Assembly (NCBI GenBank): GCA_976226885.1 | Contig: OZ320313.1 | Coordinates: 114,390,001 to 114,454,000, forward strand | Origin: Iphione sp. A-MEVVRFRX5 | Lineage: Eukaryota | Direction of reading: 5' to 3' | DNA: 64,000 bases | Notes under the pieces: model-generated | Told to the model about the DNA's origin: nothing | The model's input: the letters and a program-made list of their open reading frames with translations, nothing else | The model's database searches: none | Program-made: the position numbers and the translations under genes | Shown: positions 1 through 64,000 of the stretch, one piece after another | Layout: each line of letters begins with the position of its first letter | Position numbering within the stretch: the first letter of the stretch is position 1

Positions 1-70
1 AGGATTCTGTCGCCTATGCACAAAAAGACCCCAGAAACCTATTCGAAATAAGGGTAGGGGGCAATGAAGT
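1..70 (+). repeat. Partial copy of the same SINE body at the window edge
   Basis: AGGATTCTGTCGCCTATGCACAAAAAGACCCCAGAAACCTATT matches 26116-26158. Confidence 0.75.
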
Positions 71-838
71 GAAATTTTCTCCCACAGAAACTGTTAATGA
101 ATGTAAATGCCTTGCCCCCACCCTGGCAAGGGGTTATTTGGTAGTACCTGACTGGTGTAGTTTACCCCCTTAGACCCATTGATGATGACCATATATTTTG
201 TCCACGGTTCTTTATCATGGCTGGTTGACACAGATGTGTCGACCCTTTCCTGAGACATTATTATTTGCAATATTTGTCCCGTTGACATCAACTAAGCTAT
301 GTTTTTAACAATTGCAGATTGACAGACAACTTATATTAAATAATCACCGATCACGTTTAGGGCGATAACTCCTCCCACTCAAAAGCCTCACTGACATGGA
401 AGTCCGGCATAGGTATTCTGCAGCCTCGCTAGGCCTAACACAGAGTTCAAAGACTCAAATTCGAAACCCTGTAACCTAGGAACTATTTAACCAAAAATAA
501 TCAATTTGCTATAAATGTAATATTAACACTGACTTCAACACTGGACAGCTTTGTTTGTCTATGTTTGAATCCACCCCCCCCCCACCCTATCCCTAGCAGA
601 ATGCACTGTGGCTGGTTCAGCTCGTCTGTCCGTCACAAAAAGCGATCTGAGTAAAAGTTTTTCCAGAGTAGGGCTATACAACTTACGAGCAAAATGCAGA
701 AATTCGAAGGAAACCCCGCCTGTGTTGAGGATTTCGTATCGACCGTATACAGTCAGTGATAGAGTTAGACATGCGTTTTTCCAACAATGTTGATTCCTCA
801 ACCGCCAGTGTAATTTGGGTCAGATCACCCAATCATTA

Positions 839-2161
839 GGGGAAGGGTGGGTAATTTGGACCCCCTAAGAAAAACATGCTCTAAAATCAAAATGTCTAAG
901 GCACTGTACAAAAACTTTGCTTATTTTGAAGCAATAGGGGCTGCAGCATATTTTAACAAACTGGGGGAATTTTTGTTAAATTAGTCTTTGAGTAAAATGC
1001 AATTGAAATTTTTTTATGACTGGTACAGTTTACCAAACAAGGAGGGTAAATTGGACCAGGTGCTATAGTCTGAACAGTCAGGTATAAAATGAATCTAGGC
1101 CCTAGAATTGTAAGTCCCATGAACAACAGCATGGTTTTGAAAGGTTTTGGTCACTATTAGTTGGAATACCAATGGACTTTGTGACTTCTACCATCAAAAT
1201 ATGTACAACAGAATGGGACCTGCATTCCTCGGGTATTAGATTCCTTTCAGCCCTGTTGCTGCAATTTTATAAACTGTGGGTACATGTATATTTAAAATGT
1301 TTCACCAAACATTTCAAAAATTGGAAAAATTCATTTGACAAGATAACCTCTCAGGCCTAAAAAGCTCCTTGCACTAATGATAGGAGTTTCGTTGATGACC
1401 TTCTTGAATACCATGGGCAAATTACCACACATCTATACCAGTTATCTTGTTATTAAAAGTCCAAAATATGTTAAAACCAAAAGTAAATAAATAAAAACCA
1501 ATAAATGTTTCTCTATTTATTTTTTAAAATGATGCCTTTCATTTCAATAAAAAAAACTTACACTATAAAAGGGTATATCATGGAGTTCCATAAACTTGCA
1601 CTACATTTACTGTCTTAGTTCAAAATAGATTGTCTTCATATGATAGCTCCATGTTGAGGCTAAATACGGATACCACAAGGTTTCTCCAAAGCCTGCTTAA
1701 CAGATAAAAGAAAAGGGAATGGTTGTGTAGGTAGATTGGTCTGAGTCAGGTAGTTTGACCAGTGGTCCAATATACCCTCCCTATAGCGGTCCAATTTACC
1801 CACACACCAATCCCCAGGAAAAATGTTTTCTATTCATTTTTGTGTAGATGAAAGAGACTATACTTAATGTTAGTATTGCTTCTGAGTGAGACAGTATTGA
1901 TGTAAAGTTAGGATAGGGGTCTATGTACTTTCTGCTCGCAACTACATTGTCAAATGTAATTGGTAAAATTAGATCAGTGAGACATAAAACCAATAATGCG
2001 TCTCAGCTTGGCACATGTTTTTTTGAAGCCACCATGTTCTGAGACATTGTGTAGTTATATCACTTGTTGTTGGATGGTGCTCATATTCCTTCCTTGCTTG
2101 AAAACCAGAGATCTTGATGTGGTCTAATTTACCCACTTGTCCAAATTACCCACCTTTCCCC
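839..2161. mobile_element. Non-autonomous DNA transposon (MITE-like), 1,323 bp, TA target-site duplication
   Basis: Left GGGGAAGGGTGGGTAATTTGGAC and right GTCCAAATTACCCACCTTTCCCC form a 23-bp TIR with 1 mismatch, flanked by TA at 837-838 and 2162-2163; no long ORF inside. Confidence 0.8.
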
Positions 2162-2260
2162 TACTCATGCCAGCTGACCATAACCCGTAGTGAAAGGATT
2201 TCCCTTAAAAGTTAATCGTGTCAATATGTATATCCGAGTACATGTATTGACTGGTTATCA

Positions 2261-2407
2261 NNNNNNNNNNNNNNNNNNNNNNNNNNNNNNNNNNNNNNNN
2301 NNNNNNNNNNNNNNNNNNNNNNNNNNNNNNNNNNNNNNNNNNNNNNNNNNNNNNNNNNNNNNNNNNNNNNNNNNNNNNNNNNNNNNNNNNNNNNNNNNNN
2401 NNNNNNN
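2261..2407. other. Assembly gap (147 N)
   Basis: Run of N. Confidence 1.
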
Positions 2408-2903
2408 CTGTGTAGACAAGTTCAAGACAAGTAAAGATTTAAAGCCAGGGGCTTATTGTTAAACGTCATTTACATCCCTTTTAGATTGACAAATGTCGAA
2501 AGCGAAACAAAACACTAATCAGTGATGCCCCACCATTCTGCTAAGATGAAAAGGCTTTGACATTATCTGATGGAACTAAATGTAAGGTTCTGAGCAAAAT
2601 TCCTCCGCTATGTGGCGAGATGTCCAGGGAATCCAATCATAGAGAAATGGACAATTTATGCATGGATTTGAATGGGCTTCGATATCCCCGATATCCAGGG
2701 TAACCGGTCTTTCGGAATCTGAGATTCCACTGTTCTTCCAAGCCTTGTAAACAGCCATGATGGAAGAGGACCCCACGATATACTAAGGGGGCATTCCATG
2801 GTCCTAAATGTATGAAGAGAGATTTGGTCTAATTCACACGTACGTGGACGAGTACTAGATACATTACCATTGGACTGCATTCGAAGAAGACCTGAGGAGT
2901 AGA

Positions 2904-4826
2904 TTGTGGAAGCTATGTCCTGAACGCCGTCTTCGAATAAAACTGGGCAGAGAAGATGTAAAACTTAGCGACATCACCACGGAACTCATCAAGGACCGGC
3001 TGTACTTCTATCGTAAGTGGAAAAGCAACAGGTGCGAGGACAGCCGGCGAATCTTCAGGCATCTCAATACCCAGGTCAAAAAGGCCATCAAAGAGGAGAG
3101 GCGTGCTTATTGGGAGAATAAGCTAAAAGAGACTGGCAGTGAGAGTCGTGCAATGTGGAGTGTCCTGAATGATGCCATGTGTAGGAGCAAGAAGGTTGAG
3201 GTGCTTCCTGACCCTGATGAGGCTGAGCTTCGACATGGTGAAGACCTAGCAACGGGGTTTAATCGCTTCTTTATTGAAGAGGTTAACAAGCTGGTTCCAG
3301 TGCTGGAAAACAGTCATGTAGGAAGACTGACTGCCCCACACCATGGCTTTGAAGTAAGGATGCCCTCTCCTATTGAGGTTAAGGAAATCATCGCACAAAT
3401 TCGGGTGGATAAATCGTCCGGCATAAGGGACATACCTACCCGGATTCTGAAACCGGTACTACTGAGTTCAGCACATATGGTCGCTTGGATTTTTCAACAG
3501 ATCTACGCTACCGGCAGATACCCAACCGCATGGAAGATCGCGCGAGTTGCACCAGTGCATAAGAAAGGTGATGTCAACAAACTTGGAAATTACCGACCTG
3601 TCAGCATCCTGCCCTTAATCGGGAAGATTTTCGAAAAGTGGTTCTGCAAAAGGCTGATGCTGGCGGTCGAAGATCGAAGAAAGCTGAGTGCATGTCAACA
3701 CGGCTTCAGGCATGGACGGAGCACAGAAACCGCACTGGTAAGCCTCCTCAGTGAAGTGTCAACTCTGAGCAACAAGGGCCGGTATATCTGTGTCCTGTTG
3801 TTCGACCTGAAGAAAGCGTTCGACTTGGTGTCGGCCCGTAGTGTGTTGCGGCAGTTGAAGACGGTTGGCGCTGGACCTGGAGTTTATCGGTTAATGGAAA
3901 GCTACCTCTCCAATCGCAAGCAATACGTGAGGTGTGCGGGTGGAGAGTCAGACACATTACAGCTGCAGCAAGGCGTGCCCCAAGGCTCTATAGTGGGCCC
4001 GCATGCCTTCAACCTGGTGGTAAACTCTATCGTGGACAAGCTTCCTGGTGGAACCACGGCCACACTATACGCTGACGATCTCACTGTGACGTGCAGCGCT
4101 GGGGACTTGTTGCATCTCAGAAGGGTGGCTATTAGTGCCCTTAACTCGGTCTCATCGTGGTGCCAAGAGGAGGGGTTGGTGCTAAGCATCAGCAAATGTG
4201 TTTACATGACGGCTGGTGGAGCAGCAGGGATCCCATTGGATCTCGAACTCCAAGGGACGCCGTTGTTGATGGAGGAAGAAGTTCGGTTCTTAGGCTATAA
4301 CATTGACTCCAGATTGACGTTCAAGGGGAGCATGAGGCAATTAATGAAGAAGATGTGGTCGATAGCGATCCGGATTGGAAGAACAAAGCGGATTCTGCCA
4401 ATCAGCGCGAGGAGGACTCTCTTCATGTCACTACTAATGCCACATGTGTACTATGCGGCGGTCACATTATACTCCTTATGTGCGGCTGACAAGGTGCGAC
4501 TGCAGATCACGCTCAATCGCTGTGCGCGTATAGCACTGCAGTCTGGCCAGTTCTTGTCTGCCAGGAGGCTACAAGAGCGTTTCGGGATACAACGGCTGGA
4601 AGACATCATCGATGAGAGAGGCCTCAAGGCACTCCACAGGATGACGCACCTAGGGGCGCTACCGGTGGCTGAGGGATCACGTACTCGTCTGGGATGCACG
4701 AAGCGCCTAAGAGTGAGCAGGCCGCGCTCTGTTGTATTCCAAAGGGGCCTGTTCTACAGGGGGTTGAAGGAGTGGAATGGGCTGCCTGAGGTGGTCAAGG
4801 AAAACCCCATCTTCCGCAGGAGATAG
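2904..4826 (+). mobile_element. 5'-truncated CR1-group non-LTR retrotransposon; reverse transcriptase ORF without endonuclease
   Basis: YRPVSILPLIGKIFEK, QHGFRHGRST, FDLKKAFD, GVPQGSIVGP, LYADDL, C-terminal WNGLP. Frame is open back to a TAG at 2856; no APE seen; element ends not resolved. Confidence 0.92.
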
Positions 4827-7800
4827 AGGGTGATGGCAAGAAGATGGGGATAGCCCACACCTGTGGAAGTTGGGTGGATGGCACACGGGATCTACAATTA
4901 GGTCTCCTTTAGTCAGAATAGGTATGGGGGATGCTGACTAATGAGGCAGTGCTAGGGGTAGGAACATTGGGTTGGATCAAAGGGGATAGGGTATCAATAT
5001 GCAAGACTGGGGACAGGGGGCCAGTAAGAGGGATTGGGAAACTAGCGCTGTGGGCTGTGTACAGGGTTGGGATGTAAATTGACTCGCTACTATATGGCGG
5101 TGCATACCGTCAATGGGCTACAGAACCATGGTAACTAGGTGACCAATGATGTGGTAACTTGTAACGTATTGGAAACAGACTGTGTCATAAGTTGAGTATT
5201 GGATGCGTTACTGGTGATACGCCTTATTGAGCAATATCAAACTCCTTGCCTGCTGTATAAAGGACGGATGTATACAAGGGTGCTTACGTGATGCCGAGCT
5301 GCATTATACACTTGACGTTTGTTCATTGTGATTTAGTACCAATGCTATCAAACAGCTTTTTCAAAGGAGGGGTAAACTCTTCCAGATGGTGCTTTATACT
5401 AATTGCGACTTTGGCCGTGACATGTCAACATCGCGTGTGTCCTATAGGTAATGTGACGGCAGCTAGTGATACTATGTGAACGTGATTGACTTATGTATAT
5501 CATATTTTCTTCTTCACTCATTTTTTATTTTCTCTTCCGTTCTGTTTTTCCACGCCTTTATCCGGAAAACTCTGTAACTGTATGTTCTGAGACGGTAATA
5601 AAGATTGTCAAATTGTCAAATTTTGTCTCGTTTTCGGCCCGTGATTTCTTGCTTTATTATAGTCGACTTTCTGACAGTAGTGCTTTCGTAGTAAACAATT
5701 TTAAAGTATTAGGATAGCGAGGCTAGCTTCCCTGGAACATGTGAATAGTTCGAAAGATTTGTTACCGTTGCTATTTTTATTATCACAATCATCTATATTC
5801 AGTGTACATATATCACAGTGTCACATGCTCATATCTATGGGCATATATGACGTTCATCTTGACTACATAAGTGTATTTATGCATGTAGGTATGTTTTAGT
5901 ACGTATATGTACCATGTATTCGTGTACGGATGTATGGTTTCAAGTTTACATACTTGGCATAATGCTGAATTTCCTGAGGCTTGTTATCACGACCATGACA
6001 GCATGTATTTGCGGGAGCTATGCTTCATACCAAGACAGTTTCCTTACAGGTGTGGAGCATGTAGCGTGTTTTTACGGCTGTGTCTACATGTTTTTGGATT
6101 GGGAAACTTCCCAGTTTTGACATTGATAATTATTATCATTATTAAGACTTTATTTCAACTGGTAAATTCATACAGACAATGTATTTGCAACCAGCATGAA
6201 AAAACATAGCGTTGCCCGGGCTACCGTGGTCGTTGTCGTGCATTCGTATGTTAATTTGAGTGCGCTAGCTAATAAGTGAAAATTACATGAATTGTTTTAC
6301 TTTTTTTCGTCCAATTTGAATTAGTTTGCATGAATCTTGCCATTTCAGCAGAATTAATATGAATTTTGCAGTTTTCTGGAAAATTTGGCATTTTTATGTC
6401 CGTATTTACATGGTTCAGATGATATTCTCTACCATGAAGAATGCTGGAAACATGCCTGACGACCCGATGAAACATGCCTGTGAAAACGCATACCTGAAAA
6501 CACACTGCTAAGGAAATTCAGCCTAGGAAAGTAAGATGGAGGGATGAATAACACAGTCCACAGAAAACAATCTCAGAGAAAGTCAAAATGTTTGATATTT
6601 TACTTTATTATATATAAAGTTGCTCTCGTCTTAGTATAAACCTAATACATGTACACAAAAGCCTACAAAAATACAAACAGGTTGAGAATTGTACAAATTA
6701 TACTTTAAGATATATTTTGATGGGTTAGTTCCTCAGAACACTGCCTTGTATAGTTTATCAAGTGCTCGACATTGCATAAGACGAGCAACTAAACACAGAA
6801 AGCATACTGTATTGATGCACGTTGATTGATACAATGACACAATCGTTTCCCTTGATGTCAAATGTGTGTAAATATTCCCAGCTAAAAGCAGTTGCATTTT
6901 ATTATTTGTGATAATACACGCCCTCGTTATCAATTTAGCGTTGGCTCGGATGGCAATATACTAGTGTAATGTACTGAAAATATGTTGTATGTTTCCCGTT
7001 ATTTTAGATACCAATAGAAATTCCCCCCTGTACTGTTTGACGAGAATAAAAAATAGTGTCTTATAGCAAATTCGTATGAACATTTCAGGGAAATAACCCC
7101 AAAAGGAGGACAAACGGCTTCGAAAATCTTATGTATTATTTCGCCCCATATACCATTTGACATAGAAGACAAGGTAATACGACCATTTTAATATGGAAGG
7201 TTCTGTGCGTAGATTGACCATTTGTGATGACAATTATATCTTGGACTATCCTCGCCTAAGAATGCTCTCTCGTGTCTACTCGTTAGAGAGAGGGGCCCGT
7301 TGTTGGGCAGGATGGTATGGGCAGTGCTTGTACAAATAAAAACAACTCATGGAAAACTGCTTTGCATAGATAAAGAGTAGTGACAGCGAGTTGTTTGCAC
7401 AACAGCGTAGGAATGCGGCTTTCAGACCCATGTTGTCGTCCTATACGTAGTCATGTGAAACAACCATTTCAACAATTGATGTAGTGATATGGGAAGAGCT
7501 GAACAATAGAACCCCCAAAAATATAGGAAGCTAGATGAAGTTTTGGCTCACTTACAAACTATCTTGGTCACACACCTGTGATAGATCTCCACATTTTATA
7601 CAAGTCATATATGCACTTTCCGTAGCTTGTTTGAGTCACTTGAGTTGCTGTCACTGCTAATTACATTGGCACCATAAGTGTTCCCACAACGATCCCCTCT
7701 GTCTATTCCGGTAGATCCAATATTTTCTCGTTAAAACCGACAAAATCAAAGAGACAACTGACTTGTTATGATATAATACGACCGACCGTTTCACTGGGTG

Positions 7801-10122
7801 TCAATATGGCTCAGTGGTCAGTTTCGCCATATTGTTGATGACTGGAACAGGGATAGTTTTTGTCAACCCTGAACTCTTTTTTGCACGTTTTTTAATTGCA
7901 CACATGACAACAGCAGGAGACAGCTAGATTCAACAGCAGTTACTAGTCATGTGAATACACAATAAATATACCATAGAAACATGTACACCGCATGTAAACA
8001 CTGACTTCATCCAAGGTTGGTTCGACACGTGGGCCTTCCTGGGGAAGAATTCCTTAAAGATAGATTGATTGCTCACTTCGAAGTTTAATGTACTTGTACA
8101 TGTACACTGGTCATCAAAAAGATTGCTATGTTTCAGACTAACGGCCACAGTCGGTACAGTTTAGTGTAATTTGTGCTCTGGATTGCTAACAAAAGGAGCA
8201 CCCAAACCTGCTAGATTCTGCTAGATGTTTACATACTTGGAAATATATGCGAGAGAGCGTTATTAAGAGACAAATAGCTGGAGGAAAAAAGCAGTATCCA
8301 GAGTGATTATTATGTCAGACGAAGCAAGAGTCATAGGTTTTTAGTCACGCCCTTTATATAACTATCGAAATACAAATACTGCTTAATAGGTCATCATCGA
8401 ATACCTGCTTGGCCCTCTATAACATTTGCATTCACTCCTCTCACGAATATGTGTGCGTTGATTGCGAGTAGCATCATGATAGAAATACAAATAACAATGG
8501 TACAATATTTGGATACAACCTTGAAAGACATGTATTCACGGCAGGTTCTTACGACTACGAACTGAAAGACAAAAAGATAAGTTGAAACAAATATTGATAT
8601 TAACGTTAATAACTAGTAATTTGGTTTATAGGAAGTACTAGCGGTCCCCAGCGTGTGACCTTCAGTCCATGCAACCAACTCAGCACTGTCCCAAAGATAA
8701 ATGTCTTTTTAATGATTATGATTACCTATCGTAGCAAATGGGGAAGCATTTTTGAGCATTATCATACGAGCGAAACATCCACTATCCTTTTGTTCTTCAG
8801 CCTAAAACGAACATTTTGGGTTGACATGGACCAAAAAATAAAATGAAACCATCATTCACGTTTTGGCAATCATTCATGACTCGCCATACAATCACGGTGC
8901 TTCAGAACATAAAACACAACTCGTTCACAACTCTTGAACGGATTTGATGTCAGGGTTATTGGTTATGTCCTTCAAATGGCATTTCTAGTCTTCTTCCACT
9001 TTGCAGAAATGAACCATTTGATGTGATGCTATTATCACAAGTAGAAATGGACAACATGATGAGGTTAATTTTGAATGAGAGCTGCATGCTTTTTTTCTCA
9101 ATTTCACAATCAACGAACCCGTACTTAATTTTCGTAAAAAATATATCAAACTGATCGTTGACATAAAATGGTATTCAAAGGTAGATCAATCTATCAGTAA
9201 GAATCATCAATATGTTTTCTTTTTTTTCCTGTTAATGAGAGCACCGATTAGCTTAACAAATCATGACGTCACCAGCTTGGCGGATTTCTCATATGTGAAA
9301 CGATACTCTCCAGCCGCGGTCCCAGTGTGACATAGGCATGGTTAGCACGCTCAGCCAAGCTTTCTAACATAGCCACTGTCCGTACATACTTCCCAGTTTT
9401 TCCAGGTAGGAACTTCCATTCCATCATCCCTGTATTCCTAACACCGAATCTGAGACATGCTCGATATGGTATAAAAGAATCATCAACTTTTTTTTATCTC
9501 TTCAAGGTCAGTAGACCTACATAATAGGGCGCCATAGCTCACGCGAGTTCCACTTCCTGTTGTTGAGGGGCTGGGCACAGGCAGTCATTTCTCACAATGC
9601 ATTATGTATGGGACCAGATCTATGAATATCTCGAGAAGCTGAACCATTGTTCTGTTTTCTTTGAAATTTTCAGTGATTATACACCTACCCCATGAGCATG
9701 CAAAAGCATTTTACTGTAATCCTATATTTTATTTTTTGATAAATCATTTCCAGATCAAAATATTCTCTATCTGTAAACCTATACACATTTCAAATTTTGG
9801 GCAAAAATAATCAAAACTTATTGCTGTATAAATAGAAAATGTTTATGGTATAGGCATTTCCCATAGCACTGATTGGAGGCATGTGCCCAGCTGTTTGAAT
9901 TTCCCGGGAATTCTCCACTTCTCGCGCAGAGAACGTGGCTTACTCTGGCGCCCTATAAACTATGGGCAAGTAAGAGAGCACGTTTCCGTGAATTAACCTT
10001 TAATAGAAACGGTAATAATATAACTAATTTCACGTTTTGTTCAAATACAATAATTAGCAAATCCTCATGGAATGTTTGTTCAACTTAAAACTACATCTCA
10101 GACATTGATATCACTTCAGTGT

Positions 10123-64000
<53,878 letters not shown>

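Noticed and set aside
2570-2856. Possible inverted 5' segment (twin priming) of the first LINE
   Set aside because: There is only a weak TRPRTCELD resemblance to an APE motif on the minus strand, which is not enough support.
7802-7834. 9-bp hairpin CAATATGGC/GCCATATTG
   Set aside because: Isolated; such stems are expected by chance in 64 kb.

Overview
Eukaryotic (invertebrate, probably annelid-like) genomic DNA with one 147-N assembly gap. Most of the window is one minus-strand gene entering from the right edge. I reconstructed it by hand as 33 exons in one consistent reading frame (19,107 nt to the stop, about 6,370 aa in the window; the N-terminus lies outside). Its domain order is at least 4 vWA domains lacking MIDAS, a 175-aa unassigned beta-rich domain, about 5,150 residues of Gly-X-Y with Thr dominating Y, 4 EGF-like modules, a half cbEGF, one transmembrane helix and an acidic tail ending in TKL. 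This is a giant, apparently type I membrane-anchored collagen whose predicted rod length (about 1.5 um) and Thr-rich chemistry match descriptions of annelid cuticle collagens. Its 17.9-kb intron holds an intact, antisense, three-ORF CR1-group LINE: ORF1 fused to a NADAR domain, a stand-alone SGNH esterase, and APE-RT. That LINE also has three covarying hairpins in the spacer before ORF3. Other elements are a 5'-truncated LINE RT, a TA-flanked MITE and three copies of a tRNA-derived SINE. All calls are by eye; no database searches were run.
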